This document shows positions 38,526 through 52,071 of a DNA stretch of 64,000 bases, piece by piece. Numbering within the stretch: position 1 is the first letter of the stretch; every line of letters starts with the position of its first letter. This DNA is from Cetorhinus maximus (Eukaryota). The translations under genes were made by a program, and so were the position numbers. The stretch lies in the NCBI RefSeq assembly GCF_964194155.1, contig NC_135901.1, positions 868,001 through 932,000 of the forward strand. Direction: 5' to 3'. The notes beneath the pieces are model-generated. The model ran no database searches and was not told the DNA's origin. It saw only the letters and a program-made list of their open reading frames with translations.

Positions 38526-39565
38526 AATGGCTTTGGTCTTCCCAATTTTTAATTGGAGGAAATTTCTGCTCCAGTACCGGGTGTTAGATAAGCAGTTTGA
38601 TAATTTAGTAACAGTGGAGGAATGGAGAGGGATGGTGGTGAGGTAGAGCTGGGCATTGTCAGTGTACATGTGAAAACTAACACGGTGCTTTTGGATGATG
38701 TCACCTACTGGCAGCATGTAGATGAGAAATAGGAGGGGCCAAGGATAGATCCTTGAGGGACACCAAGTTCAAGGGCTTTGGAGAGGAAAGGAAATTGGAG
38801 ATGGGGAGTAGGTTGCAACGACAGTGGAGTGAAGGGTTATTTTAGGATGTATGGTGATGGTGCAGTTAAAGATGAGGACAATATCAAGAGGAGAGAAAAC
38901 TGTTAACAATATCAGCTAACATGGGGAAGATAGATGGTCTAGTGTATTGAGAATAGGGTGAATGGAGCAGAAAGTGGGTCTCAGAGACAAGATGAGCACT
39001 GAGAGGGAGATAGAAGAGAAACTGGAGAAAGATGTGAGTTCAGGGCCCGGACAAACGGGAACTTTAGAGACAATTTGGCCCGGTGGGCTAGTGGAAGGGA
39101 GGGAAGCAGCAGAGACAGCTGATCAGAGGGTCTGAATCTTTGTGATAGAGAAGATCCATGAGCTTGTTGTTGGAGGTGAGGATGGAGGAGAGAGCACTTC
39201 AAAAGTAACAAACTTATGTTTGAGATATTAAAAAGATTCAACACACTGTGTTTAGTGCAAAACTGATTTATTTGACTTTTATCCATAACCTTAACCCCTA
39301 AAATTGGGCTGGAGTTTATTAACATCAGCAGAAACAGAATCCAATGAATATGGTTCAGTCCTGAATGTGGTTAGCAGCAAAATCCCATCACTGTGGAAAC
39401 TTGTGAACTTGCTGGTGTTTCAGCAGGGTGGATGACTGAGTAAACCTCTTCCCACACTGAGAGCAGCTGAAAGACCTCACCCCTGAGTGGACTCACTCAT
39501 GAACAGTGAGTTCAGATGATTGCATGAACCCAGTCCCATACTGAGAACACCTGAACGGTTTCTCA

Positions 39566-40606
39566 TCAGTTTAAATGAACTTGTTGGTGTCTCAGCAGGT
39601 GGGATAACTGAGTGAATCCCTTCCCACACTTGGAGCAGGTGAACAGCCTCTCCCCTGTGTGGACTCGCTGGTGATTCAGCAGGTGGGATGTTTGAGTGAA
39701 GCCCTTCCCACATTCAGAGCAGGTGAATGATCTCTCCCCAGTGTGAACTCGCTGGTGTACGGTGAGTTCAGATGATCGCCTGAACCCAGTCCCACAGTGA
39801 CAGCACCTGAACGGTCTCTCATCAGTGTGAACACGTTGATGGGACATCAGTTCCCCAGAACTTTTATAGCACTTCCCGCAGTCTGGGCATTTGAAAGGTC
39901 TCTCAGCAGTGTGAACTCGCTGGTGTGTAAGCAAGTGGGATGAATAAGCAAATCCCTTCCCACAGTCAGAGCACGTGAACTGTCTCTCCCCAATGTGAAT
40001 TCGCTGGTGAACAATGAGTTGCGATAATCGCCTGAACCCAGTCCCACAGTGACAGCATCTGAATGGTCTCTTGTCAGTGTGAACACGTTGATGATGCATC
40101 AGGTCCAGGGAACTTTTATAGCACTTCCCGCAGTCTGAGCATTTAAAAGGTCTCTTGTCAATATGAACTCGCTGGTGTCTCATCAGGTTGGATGAATTAG
40201 AGAATCCCTTCCCACACTCAGAGCAGGTGAGTGGTCTCTCCCTAGTGTGAACTCGCTGGTGTCTCAGCAGGTGGGATGACCAAGTGAATCCTTTCCCACA
40301 CTTGGAGCATGTGAATGGCTTTTCCCCAGTGTGTATTTGCTGGTGAGTCAGCAGGTCGGATGATTGAGCGAATCCCTTCCCACACTCGGAGCAGAGGAAT
40401 GGTCTCTCCCCAGTATGAATTCGCTGGTGTGTCAGCAGGTTGGATGACTTAGTGAATCCCTTCCCACACTCGGAGCAGGTGAACGGCCTCTCCGCAGTAT
40501 GAACTCGCTGATGAATTTCTAGCTCAGATGGGTAATTGAATCCCTTCCCACAGTCCCCACATTTCCATGGTTTCTCCCCGGAGTGAACAGCGCTTTTTGC
40601 TTCCAT
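39566..40606 (-). CDS. C2H2 zinc-finger protein H, 12 fingers; decayed extra fingers at 39400-39565
   Basis: ORF 39566..40612, first ATG at 40606 ([13 protein letters not shown]); acceptor at 40715/40716. Confidence 0.88.
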   Translation of the reverse strand: MEAKSAVHSGEKPWKCGDCGKGFNYPSELEIHQRVHTAERPFTCSECGKGFTKSSNLLTHQRIHTGERPFLCSECGKGFAQSSDLLTHQQIHTGEKPFTCSKCGKGFTWSSHLLRHQRVHTRERPLTCSECGKGFSNSSNLMRHQRVHIDKRPFKCSDCGKCYKSSLDLMHHQRVHTDKRPFRCCHCGTGFRRLSQLIVHQRIHIGERQFTCSDCGKGFAYSSHLLTHQRVHTAERPFKCPDCGKCYKSSGELMSHQRVHTDERPFRCCHCGTGFRRSSELTVHQRVHTGERSFTCSECGKGFTQTSHLLNHQRVHTGERLFTCSKCGKGFTQLSHLLRHQQVHLN

Positions 40607-41548
40607 GTTCAAAGGCTGATAATATTCAGGTCAGAGTGAATCGAGTGACCCCGTGAGATCCAGATGAGATGTTTGGTTTCAGTTTTCTGACTGCAAATCC
40701 TACCCTTCTAATACCCTGTGAAATTGATTTAAAACCGAAAAAAGGGAGTGAGAGAGAACCCACAAAAACACAAAGGCAGGTTGTGACATTGAACTGAATG
40801 AATCTGGTAATTTGTGGGGCTGGCACTAGGAAAAAGTGACCATGAAAACTGCTCGATTGTCCTAAAAACGTGACTGGTTCACTAATGTCCTTCAGGGAAG
40901 GGAACCTGCCACTCAGTCTGGGCCTACACAAGACTCTGGTCTGTATGGGAAGAGAGGAGGAAGAAGGCAGGGAGCAAAGGAGAGGGATAGGAGGGGGATT
41001 TTATATATATATACAGCTTGACCAAAACTCTGACAGAATCTCCAAAACCTTCAACCTACACACCAAGTAGAAAGACCAGGGTAGCAGGTGTATGTGAACA
41101 CCTTCACCTCCAAATTCCCCTCCAAGTCACACACCATCCTGACTTATCTGACATCCACTACTGGATGAGCAGAAATTTACTTCATTTAAATATTGGGAAG
41201 ACTGAAGCCATTGTCTTCAGTCCCTGCTACAATGTCCACTCTCTAACCAACTCCATCGCTCTCCACAGCAACTGAACCAGACTGTTCACAATCACAGTGA
41301 AATATTTCACCCCAAGATAAAGTTCCAACCACATATCCACATCATCACCAAAACCACCTATTTCCACCTCAATAACATTGTCCAACTCCGCCCAGTCTCG
41401 GTTCACCAGCTCCTCAAACCATCATCCATCCCTTTGTTACCTCTAGACTTAACAACCCGAACGCACTCCCGGCCGGCCTCCCACATTCAACCTCTCTGTA
41501 ATCTTGAGGTCATCCAAAACTCTGCTGCTCGTGTGCTACTCACACCAA

Positions 41549-41806
41549 GGGCAGAGTTTTGCCCTCGCTGGGTGGGCTCGGCAGGGGCGATTGGGAAGCT
41601 GACCGCTGCCCGCGATTGGGGCCCCGAGCACAATTTCATGCTAGCAGGCCAATTAAGGCGTGTGATGCAGCACTGCCTGTGTGGAGGAGGGCGAGCGCAC
41701 GTGTGGAAAATTTCCCTGAGGCACAGAGCTGCCTGACCTCATCGAGCGTCATTTTACACTCATTCCAGTCGGGCACACGCCCACCTGATGAGTGGAAATT
41801 CTGCAC
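41549..41806. mobile_element. MITE / non-autonomous DNA transposon with a 3-bp TSD (PIF/Harbinger-like)
   Basis: Imperfect TIRs GGGCAGAGTTTT...GGTGGGC and GCCCACC...AAATTCTGCAC; CAA on both sides; empty paralogous site CACACCAAGTC near 58187. Confidence 0.7.
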
Positions 41807-41812
41807 CAAGTC

Positions 41813-42590
41813 ATCTTTTTATTCATTCATAGGATGTGGTCATCGCTGGCTGGGCCAGCATTCATTGCCCATCCCTAATTGCCCTCGAGAAGGTGGTGCT
41901 GAGCTGCCTTCTTGAACCACTGCAGTCCATGTGGTGTAGGAACACCCACAGTGCTGTTAGAAAGGGAATTCCAGGATTTTGACTCACTGACAGTGAAGGA
42001 ACAGTGATATATTTCCAAGTCAGGATGGTGAGTGACTTGGATGGGAGCTTACAGGTGGTGTATCTGCTGCCCTTGTCCTTCTAGATGGCAGAGTTCGTGT
42101 GCTTGGAAGATGCTCTCGAAGGAGGCTTGGTGAGTTGCTGCAGTGCAGTGTAGGTGGTACACACTGCTGCTACTATGCGTCAGTGGTGGAGGGAGTGAAT
42201 GATTAAGGCGGTAAATGTGGTGTCAATCAAACAGGCTGCTTTGTCCTGGATGGAGTCGAGCATCTTGAGTGTTGTTGGAGCTGAACTCATCCAGGCAGGT
42301 GGAGAGTATTCCATCACACTCCTGACCTGTGTCTTGTAGATGGTGGGCGGGCTTTGGAGAGTCAGAAAATGAGTTGCTCCTCACAGGATTCCGAGCCTCT
42401 GACCTGCTCTTTTAGCCACAGTACTTTTGTAGCTAGTCCGGTTCAGTTTCCGGTCAATGGTAACTGCGCCCCCTCCTCCCCCGGATGTTGACAGTTGGGG
42501 CTACAGCGATGGTAACATTGAATGTCAAGAGGAGATGGTTAGATTCTCCCTTATTGGAGATGGTTATTGCCTGGCACTTGTGTGGCACGA
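41813..42590 (-). mobile_element. CR1/L2-group LINE 3' fragment
   Basis: Reverse homologue of 34080-34750 with ATGAATGAATAAAAA tail; absent at the paralogous site near 58198. Confidence 0.75.
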
Positions 42591-43484
42591 ATGTTCACCC
42601 ATCTTCCCTGTGCCCACTGACCTACAAAAGCTCTAGGTATGAAATATCAAAATTTAAAAATTCTCACCCTTATTTTCAAATCATTTTGCCCTCCCTATCC
42701 CTATAATCTCCTTCAGCCCAACCAACACCACCCCCCTCCATCCCCACACACAGATCTGCGCTTATCTAATTCCAACATCCTGAGCATTCCTGATTTTAAT
42801 CGCTCCGTCTTTGGTTGCTACACCTTCAGCTTCCAAGGCCATAAGCTGTGGAATTTCCTCCCTCAACCTCTCCATCTCTCTGCCTCACATTCCTCCTTTA
42901 AGATACTTCTTCAAACTTGCCACTTTGACCAAACAATTGGCCATCTACCCTCATATCTCCTTATGTGGGTCAGTGTCAAATGTTATTTATAGCATTTCTG
43001 TGAAACACCTTGAAAATTTCTCTTCCATGAAAGACGCTATATAAATACAAATTGTTGTTGTTGATTTGGACATAAATCACTTCCTTCATCATTGCTGGGT
43101 GAATAACCTGTAACTTCTTACCTAATAGCATTGTGGGAGCACCTTCACCACAGACTGCAGCAGTTCAAGAAGGTCAAACATCATCTTCTCCACAGGTAAC
43201 TGGGGATTGGTCATATCTACTACTGGTCTTGTGTTTGTGAAAGGGCAGGGGAGTGGGACCAGCTGATTTACTCTTGCAGACAGCCAGCACAGGCAGGACA
43301 GGTTGAATAGCCTCCGTCTGTATTGTAATCATTCAATGATTCTATGACTTGATGAAAAGGGACCCAGACTGGAGTCAAGGAATTAACATCTGCAACAAAA
43401 AGGCCACTGTCCTATAAACTGGCTCTTAACTGGTCTGTCGGTGATTCTAGTCTCGGTTCTGTGAGCAACACCTGCAATAAAATA

Positions 43485-44369
43485 TGTCAGAAAGATATAA
43501 TAATTCTCATTATATTGTTGGAATTTATTGTAAAATAGAGTATTAGTAAGATGTGTCTATATGTGGCTCTGTGTGTGTGTGTAGGACTTGATTGAATAAG
43601 AGGCAGCTAGTCTGGGTGCTTTGATGTAAGGAGGAGTTAGGTTTGAAATGTTAATTAGGTAAACATGGAGAAGTTTAGAAACATAGGTGTCAAGGGAACA
43701 TTTGCATTTTTAAATAAGCCAGGCTGGATTGTTTTCAAAAGAGGGAGTGAAATGTGTCACCTAGCCAGCTGAAGTTTAGAAAGAGTGTGTTTATTTTTCC
43801 CAAAGATGCATAGTAAAACTTAGTTATATGAGAGGTTTTTATTATCAGGGAGATAAAGTCCAAAGACATAGTGAAACAATGGGTATTTGCATTCAAAGAG
43901 GGAAAGATGTATAAAGGAGAGAAGACTGTTTGTAAGGGAAGGCATTTTTAAGAGCTTACAAGTGTGAAAAAGCCTTCAGCATCTATGCCTCAAGTTGCTG
44001 TCTTCAAAGGACTGAAGGTAAGAAAATTCACTTTGAATTCGACTTGTTCAGGGTATTATCTTTCTTTGCCTTGGTCTTTTAAAATCTATGTATCTTACTG
44101 TTGCCTTAACGAGTTAGGTTGATTAGGGGATTTAGAAGTTATCATAGTAATTTATAGATCTATGTATGTATTTAAAAATCATTTCTCTTGTTAATAAATG
44201 TTTAATTTAGTTTTATAAAAACCTATAAGACTTGCTGGTCTTATTACTACTAAATTCAAGGCACACATCTCAAAATTTACACAGACTGCAAAACAAGTTG
44301 TGGCAGTTGTTTCAAGGTTCCCTTTGGGATTTGAACAACTCAGCATTTATCATCAACTGTGTCATAACA
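43485..44369 (+). mobile_element. Solo LTR (885 bp)
   Basis: TGT...ACA termini, 4-bp TSD AATA (43481-43484, 44370-44373), TATAAA near 43910, AATAAA near 44193; empty paralogous site near 59365. Confidence 0.8.
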
Positions 44370-45769
44370 AATAATAGCAAAATACCACAGCTGATGGAAA
44401 TCTGAAATAAAAGGAGAAAATGCTGGAAATACTTAGCAGATCAGGCAGTGTCTGTGAAGAATGAAAGAGTTAACATTTCAGGGTGTGTGGAATGAATTAT
44501 GGAGAATAAAAATGGTGCAGAATTTGACGGTCAATAATAGCTCAGAAGCAGAAGAGAAATGGCCTATAGTGCAGAAAAAAACAATTCTTGACTATGAAAG
44601 GTACTGTGGGAAGATAAGCTGGGAAGCCAGCAGCACATGGTCGGGGGAATGGGCAGCAGTGGAAACCACATTTAGGCATGGTCGGCAGAAGTAATAATAA
44701 AATACTAAACATAGCTAAGATACACCCAATATTAGAGACAGAGGAAGTTAGACAGTAGCAGAGAGGTGATCAGGAGGGCAGAGGTGAAACAGAGCAATGG
44801 ATGCACATGGATTCAGATCCACAATAAAGGAGCCACACCAGCCCCAGGGCCATGGAACCAGAGCACAGATAACAGAGCAGAGCAGTAAAAACTCTAACTT
44901 GTAGACGAATGCTCAAAAATACTCACCTCTGAAACAATTTCACACTTTTCAATTTTAAAATCTCCTGCTGCAGCCTGCAGCTAAGAGATATCAGAAGCAC
45001 TGGAGTCAGAGAAAAATCTCCCAGTTGAGTAAATACCCAGGTAGCGGGGTGATGTCACTGAGCAATTGTCAGTGCGTGATGACATCACAGACACGAACAC
45101 AGAACATCTGGGTCTGTGCAAACCAGTGATCACCACACATTATGAAGGATGTGAGGGTCCTTGAGAAGGTGCAGAGAAGGTTTACGAGGATGGTTCCAGG
45201 GATGAGGAATTTTAGTTGCAATGTTAGGTTGGAGAAACTGGGGTTGAGAGAAGATTAGATGGAGGTGTACAAGTTTATGACAGGTTTAGAGAAAGTAGAT
45301 AAAGAAAAGCTGTCCACATTCGCTGATTATAAAAAGATTTCAGGACACAGATTAAGATTTTGGACAGGATCTACAGGATGGATGTGAGGAAGAACAGACA
45401 CATGCAGTGAGTGGTAATGATCTAGAACTCAATGCTTACACTCAAAAGACGATTATATCCAGGTTCTGATGAATTGAGTGCCGCTGTTAGATTTTGATGT
45501 GATATTTGGTTTGAGTTTCCTTTCTGGAAGTCCTCTTCTAATACACTGTAAAAGAAGTTTACAAGTCATCACGGACAGACCAGGATAGAACTTTAGAAGA
45601 GACAAACATTTCCCTTGGTTTGAGTTTGCTCTGTATTAATCCTCCCCTTCCAACCCCCTGCAAAAGGAGTTTCCAAAATGCATCCCTGACAGCCCAGGAT
45701 ATAAATTCACAGCATCCTCTCCTCCTGCTACCTGGCCTAGGATGACCGCACATGCACCCTGCTGCAGAT

Positions 45770-46060
45770 TGCCCCTCATTGTCATCAGCAGTCCCTCGGT
45801 TTGAGGATGGCGTCTACTCTGGGTCATGAGTTTCTGCCGTGGGTCTTCATGTGACTGGACAGACTCGCAGATCATTGGACACATGGGGCAGGACATCCCA
45901 TGATATAGTGGGATCAGGAGAGCAGGATTTGCTTCCTTTTCTTTGCTGCTCTGCCTCATTAATAAGACATTGGGACTCAAAGCGTGATGCAGCTTGATGG
46001 ACAAGTTGTCCCCATTCTGAACTATTGGCCACAGGCTCACCCCGGTCATTGAAAACATTG
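45770..46060 (-). mobile_element. RTE-like LINE 3' end
   Basis: C-terminal Cys-knuckle remnant (SCPMCPMIC...SH) and a tail resembling RTE 3' ends. Confidence 0.5.
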
Positions 46061-46420
46061 CCCAGGGCGGTTAACCCGCGCCAAGCCCTGGAATCTGCGG
46101 CCACGCTCGGTCTAAACGGGGACCGTTAAGTTCTTTTTCGGGGTTTGCGGATTACACATCCTTACGAAGCCTCTCCGCCCACCCGCCGGGTCCACCGGTC
46201 CCTCCAAATGCGGACCCGAGAGAAAAAGTCTCTCCATCGCCAGTACCCTCACTGCGCATGCTTCAGTCATTGTCCCGCCCCCTCACTCAATCCGATTGGT
46301 TGGAGGAGCAGCCACTCCAGGTCGGTCCTCCAGTCCCGCCCTCTCTTCCTATTGGTCAGGAGCTGCCGTCAATCACCCGTGCATTGTGACGGTTTCCAAA
46401 GCTGAGAGCGGCCACAGACT
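46060..46420 (-). promoter_or_regulatory. CpG-rich promoter/first exon, probably for ZNF H
   Basis: ACTGCGCATGC at 46251, CCGATTGGTTGG and CCTATTGG CCAAT boxes, CCCGCCC GC boxes; close paralogue of 12230-12550. Confidence 0.6.
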
Positions 46421-46517
46421 CAGCCTGGCTTGCTGATTCTTGGCAGCATTTTCTGTTTGGGAATTAGAGCTAGAGATGGATGGTCAGTTCCCCTCTGTCC
46501 GGGGGGGATTCACACTC

Positions 46518-46589
46518 ATTTCCCCAGTGCAGTGATTATCACGTTTACTTTACATGAGAAAGTGTCCGGTTCAATCCCGGCTGGAAACT
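46518..46589 (+). pseudogene. tRNA-Val(TAC)-like pseudogene, second copy
   Basis: Differs from 12653-12724 at only 2 positions (TCCCC vs TGTCC). Confidence 0.75.
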
Positions 46590-46789
46590 TTGTGTTTAAA
46601 GTTGTTATTGATGATGAATAAACAGTGAGTTTAGTTTCATGTTGAACATAGTGGAAGTTACTGTTGTCTCAATCTTTCAAATTTATTTCTCTTATTTATT
46701 TAAACACTAATGTTAAGTGATTTAGATCTGATCCACCGTGATCCAAGAACAAGATACCGCAGATGCTGAAAATTCTACCTCAAACTTAA

Positions 46790-47800
46790 GAAATAGAAGC
46801 AGCATTAAGCCATCTGGCCCATCGAGGCCGCTCTGCTATTCATTTAGATCATTGCTGATCATCTTGCTCAACACCACTTTCTCACCCTCTCCCCATATCC
46901 CCTGATGACATTAATATCCAGAAATCTATCGATTTCTGTCTTGAACATGCTCAATGATTGAGCTTCCACAGCCCTCTGGGGTAGAGAATCCCAAAGATTC
47001 CCCACCCTCTGAGTGAAAAAAAATCCTCCTCATCTCATCCTTAAATGGCCTGTCCCTTATTCTGAGACCGTGTTCCATGGTTCTAGACTCGCCAGCCAGA
47101 TGAAACATCCTATCTACATCGATCCTGTATGAGTTTTGTAAGTTTCAATGAGATCACTTCTCATTTTTCGAAACTCTAGAGAAGAAAGACCCAGTTTCCT
47201 CAATCCCTCCTCATAAATCAATCCCGCCATCCCAGGGATTAGTCTGGTGAGCTTCTGTTGCACTCCCTCTATGGAAAGTATATCGTTCCTTAGATAAGGA
47301 GAACAAAACTGTACACAATACTCCAGGTGTGGTCTCACCAAGGCTGTTACAAGTCATCAAATCCCATTGCAATGAAGGTCAACATACCATTTGCCTTCTT
47401 AATTGTTGCTCCACCTGTATGATAGCTTTTAGTGACTCATCAACAAGGACACGCAGGTTCCTTCGGACATCAACACTTCCCAATCTCTCAGCATTTAAGA
47501 AATAATCTGTCTTTCTGTTTTTTTCCACCAAAGTAGATAACTTCATACTTATTCACATTATATTCCATCAGCCATGTTCTTGCCCATTCACTTAACCTGT
47601 CCAAATCTGCTTGAAGCCTCCTTGCATCCTCCTCACAACTTACATTCACACCTAGCTGTGTGTCATCAGCAAATTTGGAAACATTATATTTGGTCCTACA
47701 TCCAACTCATTTATATAGATTGTGAACAATTGTGGCCCCAACACTGATCCTTCAGGTACCCCACTTGTAACAGCCTGCCACACTGAACATGACATGTTTT
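46790..47800 (-). mobile_element. CR1 LINE 3' fragment
   Basis: VRPHLEYCVQFCSPYLRNDILSIEGVQQKLTRLIPGM, followed by the CR1 3' region. Confidence 0.85.
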
Positions 47801-49389
47801 TAATTGAATGAATTTAATTTATCTTTTAATCAGGAAAATGCACAAACAAGGTGCACACAAATTTCAAATCCACCATCTCGCTGCTCAGCAATCATATTAA
47901 TTTAGTCTGTCCTAGTGTCATCATGCTGAAATCCAGTCATTCTCCAACATTGTTCTTCATGGCATAATTGCTGAACTAAGAGTGAAAATGGACCTCTACT
48001 TCATTATAATTGTAACAGACAAATTTGTAGATGCTCCATAATGTCACAGAGTGGCTCATTGGATTTGTTCATTTAAACTGGTCTTATTTTCTGCTAATGC
48101 GAAAAATGGCGGAATAGGGGATGTTGAATCACAGCTGGAAACCACAGTCCTCTCTCCTACTGATCCTTCCAACAAACAGGCATTTGTGAGTTGTGAGCAA
48201 ACGGTGAGTTGGATACTCAGATTAGCTCGGTCTCCATATTATATAATAGATCTAGGAACACTGAAGAAAGCGTAAGAAAGATCTACTGGAATGATGCCGA
48301 AAATGAAAAGTTGTATCAATCACAAAAACTGAGCATGTTAAATAGGTTTTCTCTAGAAAAGAAAGTGAGGAATGCCTGATCGAGGAATTTAAGATTATAC
48401 AGGGATTTGACAGGGTTGACAAGTGGAAGATGTTTTCACTTGCATATAGATGAGAATAAATAGAAGTTAATCATGAATAAATGTAATGTCCAACTTCTTT
48501 AACCAGAGATAAGAGCATAAAATGCCAGAAATACTCAGAATATCTGACACATCAATGGATTGAGAAACAAAGGTAAATTTTCAGGTCTGTGCACTGACAC
48601 AGTGCAGTTTTGAGAAAAGGTCATAGACCTGAAATGTAAACTTTGTTTCTCTATTCATATACACAATCAGGTCTGCTGATAATCCCCGTATTTTCTGTTT
48701 TTGTTTCAGATTTACAGCACCTGCTTTTCTCTATCTGGAACTCCCTCCCTAACAGCACTGTGGGTGTACCTACATGACGTGGACTGCAACGGTTCAATAA
48801 GGCAGCTCACCACCACCTCAAAGGTAATTAAGAGTGGGCAATAAATGCTGTCCTAGCCAGCGACGCCCACATCCAGCGAATGAATAATAAAAAAATGGCT
48901 GAGAATGTAGAACTCATTTCTGCAATGGTTTGAGATTCCACCGTGAAAAAAATCATTCAACAGGTGAAAGTGGAAGTGGATTCACTCGATCATCACATTT
49001 GCTGACATTGCAGCATAGTCACACCTGAGGGAGATCATTCAGACACTTTGTGTGTTCAAAGGGATTCACTTAGTCTGCCCAGCTGTTAATACCCTTACTT
49101 TAAATGTTCAAAACATTTCATCCACCATCGAAACATTCTTACTGACAAGATTAAGTTGAAATGTTCTTTGTATGGGGGGAGAAAAATCATTTGTTCACCC
49201 CAGCTGCTGAGGCTCCAGCAAGTTCAAATCCAATTGTACGGGATTGTTCTGCTGTCAATGGCATCCAGGATGGAACTGTGGAAGAGCCCGTGCATTTTGC
49301 CGTATTTATGCAGGCTTTAATAATTTTATCCCATGGCTCCAATCGTAATCGGAGCAAAAAACATAATATTTTCTTCAAAAATTAAACCA

Positions 49390-49610
49390 CTCAATGGCGG
49401 AGTGCTTACCCAGCATGCACAGCGGAGCTGAATGTGCCCTATCTTCACTACAGGAGCGCCTTGCGCAGTCGCAGCACCGGGCTATGGTTCGAGCATGCGC
49501 CTTAGTGGCTCTAACTAGAGCATGCGTAGTATTAGCTGTACTAAGAGCTGAGAAATGGCGAGTGAATGGAGCCGGTGGGCGGGGAGGTTTCATAAATACC
49601 AGATGGAGGT
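49390..49610 (+). promoter_or_regulatory. CpG-rich promoter, probably for ZNF I
   Basis: GAGCATGCGC and GAGCATGCGT motifs, AAATGGCG (YY1-like) at 49553, GGGCGGGG; candidate donor AG|GTGAGT near 49657. Confidence 0.55.
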
Positions 49611-50778
49611 TTAAACTCCAGCAGATTATCATATTAAAAACTGAAATTGTTTCAGAGGTGAGTACTTTTGACCATTCACCTGCAATTTAGAGCTTTTCGT
49701 GCTATGCTCAGTGATTGAACAATGAGTGTATTTTAAATGCGTTCAGTATTTCATTGTTATGTCTGCTGACTGTGTCTCAATGAGGTTCCCACCGCTGCCT
49801 GTCCCCTGACCATGTGCTGCTGGCTTTCCAGCTTCATCTTCCCACAGCATCTTTCACAATCAGGAATTGTTTTTCCTGCACTATAGTCCATTTCTCTTCT
49901 GCTTCTGAGCTTATATTGACCGTCAGATTCTGCATCATTTTTATACCCCGTAATTCATTCTGTACACCCTGAAAAATTAACACAGTTTCTCGCTCCACAG
50001 ATGCTGCCAAACCTGCTGAGTTTTTCAAACGCTTCCTGTTTTATTTCAGATCTCCAGCCTCGACAGTATTTTGCTTTCATTGAAGTCAGGATGGTGTGTG
50101 ACTTGGAGGGGAACTTGGAGGTGATGGTGTTCACATACACCTGCTACCCTTGTCCATCTAGGTGGTGGAAGTTGAGGGCTTGGAAGATCCTGTCAAAGTT
50201 CTGGTTGAGTTGTAGGTATTTGAAATCCCTCACCTTCTCTCCCCCCCCCCCCCCCCCCGCCTCCACCTCTCCCATCTCTCTCTCTCTGCTCCAATAGAGG
50301 TCAGAGTCCTGTGTAGACCCGGATCAGGTGGTCAGTTCCTTCCCTGAAGGACATTAGTGAACCAGTCAGGTTTTTACGACAATCCAGCAGCTTTCACAGT
50401 CATGTTTTCCTAGTGCCAGCCCCTCAAATTACCAGATTCATTCAGTTCAATTTCACAACCTGCCTTTGTGTTTTCACTCCCTTTATTCTGTTTTAAATCA
50501 ATTTCACAGGGTATTAGAAGGTGATGATTTGCAAACATCAAACTAAACATCACATCAGGATCTGACAGTCGCCCAATTTATCGTACCCTGAATATCATTG
50601 GATTTTGAACGTGGAAGGAGAAAGCAGCTTTCACAGTGGGGAGACACCGTACGCGTGTTCTGTCTGTGGACGGGGTTTCAGCTAATCATCTGGCCTGTCA
50701 GAACATAAATGCAGTCACAACAGGGAGAAACCATGGAAGTGTGGGGAGGATGGTAAAAGATTCAGTTACTCATTCAAG

Positions 50779-52071
50779 ATGGAATTTCATCGGGGCACTC
50801 ACACTGGGGAGAGGCCATTTACCTGCTCCAACTGTGGGAAGGGATTCACTTCCTTGTCACACCTTCTCACACACCAGCGAATTCACACTGGGGAGAGGCC
50901 GTTCACCTGCTCCAAGTGTGGGAAGGGATTTGCTTGTTCATCCAACCTGTTAAGACACCAGCGAGTTCACACTGACGAGAGACCTTTTAAATGCCTGAAC
51001 TGCGGGAAGTGCTATAAGAGTTCCCAGGAACTGGTGTCCCATCAACATGTTCACACTGACGACAGACCATTCAGCTGCTCTCACTGTGCGACTAGGTTCA
51101 AGCAATCATCTGACCTCACTAAACACCAGCGAGTTCACACTGGGGAGAGGCCGTTCACCTGCACCAGGTGTGGGAAGGGATTTGTTCACTCCTCCAACCT
51201 GCGAAGACACCAGCGAGTTCACACAGGAGAGAGACCTTTTAAATGCTCGGATTGCGGGAAGTGCTATAAAAGTTCTGGGGAACTGATGTCCCATCAACGT
51301 GTCCACACTGACGAGAGACCGTTCAGGTGTTCTCACTGTGGGACTGGGTTCAGGCAATCATCTACCCTGCTGAGACACCAGCGAGTTCACACGGGGGAGA
51401 GGCCGTTCACCTGCTCCAGATGTGGGAAGGGATTTTCTCACTCCTCCAACCTGCTGATACACCAGCGAGTTCACACTGGGGAGAGACCTTTTAAATGCCC
51501 AGACTGCGGGAAGTGCTATAAAAGTTCTGGGGAGCTGATGTCCCATCAACGTGTTCACACTGATGAGAGACCGTTTAGGTGCTCTCACTGCGGGACTGGG
51601 TTCAGGCGATCAGCTGACCTCACTGTACACAAGTGCATGCACACTGGGGAGAGGCCGTTCACCTGCTTTGAGTGTGGGAAGGGATTCACCACCTCATCCC
51701 ACCTCCTAACACACCAGCGAATTCACACTGGGGAGAGGCCATTCACCTGCTCCGACTGTGGGAAGAGATTCACTCAGACATCCCACCTGCTGACACACCA
51801 GCGAGTTCACACTGGGGAGAGGCCATTTATCTGCTCCGAGTGTGGGAAAGGATTCACTACCTTATCAGAATTGCTGACACACCGGCGCACTCACACTGGG
51901 GAGAGGCCATTTACCTGCTCCGAGTGCAGGAAGGGATTTACTTGTTTATCCCACATGCTGACACACCAGCGAATTCACACTGGGGAGAGGCCATTCATCT
52001 GCTCCAAGTGTGGGAAAGGATTTGCTCACTCATCCAACCTGCTGAGACATCAGCGAGTTCACACTGATTAA
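50779..52071 (+). CDS. C2H2 zinc-finger protein I, 15 fingers; decayed fingers on both sides (50510-50778, 52072-52383)
   Basis: 430-aa ORF; acceptor at 50509/50510; premature TAA from a small linker deletion; may be a truncated gene or pseudogene. Confidence 0.8.
   Translation: MEFHRGTHTGERPFTCSNCGKGFTSLSHLLTHQRIHTGERPFTCSKCGKGFACSSNLLRHQRVHTDERPFKCLNCGKCYKSSQELVSHQHVHTDDRPFSCSHCATRFKQSSDLTKHQRVHTGERPFTCTRCGKGFVHSSNLRRHQRVHTGERPFKCSDCGKCYKSSGELMSHQRVHTDERPFRCSHCGTGFRQSSTLLRHQRVHTGERPFTCSRCGKGFSHSSNLLIHQRVHTGERPFKCPDCGKCYKSSGELMSHQRVHTDERPFRCSHCGTGFRRSADLTVHKCMHTGERPFTCFECGKGFTTSSHLLTHQRIHTGERPFTCSDCGKRFTQTSHLLTHQRVHTGERPFICSECGKGFTTLSELLTHRRTHTGERPFTCSECRKGFTCLSHMLTHQRIHTGERPFICSKCGKGFAHSSNLLRHQRVHTD

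Noticed and set aside
39793-39799. Perfect CACAGTG heptamers in ZNF exons and at 63659
   Set aside because: In ZNFs they are the reverse of His-Cys-Gly codons; at 63659 no nonamer at 12 or 23 nt and no adjacent V/D/J
50241-50258. C18 homopolymer / G-quadruplex candidate
   Set aside because: Simple repeat in a purine/pyrimidine-rich intronic tract that varies freely among paralogues
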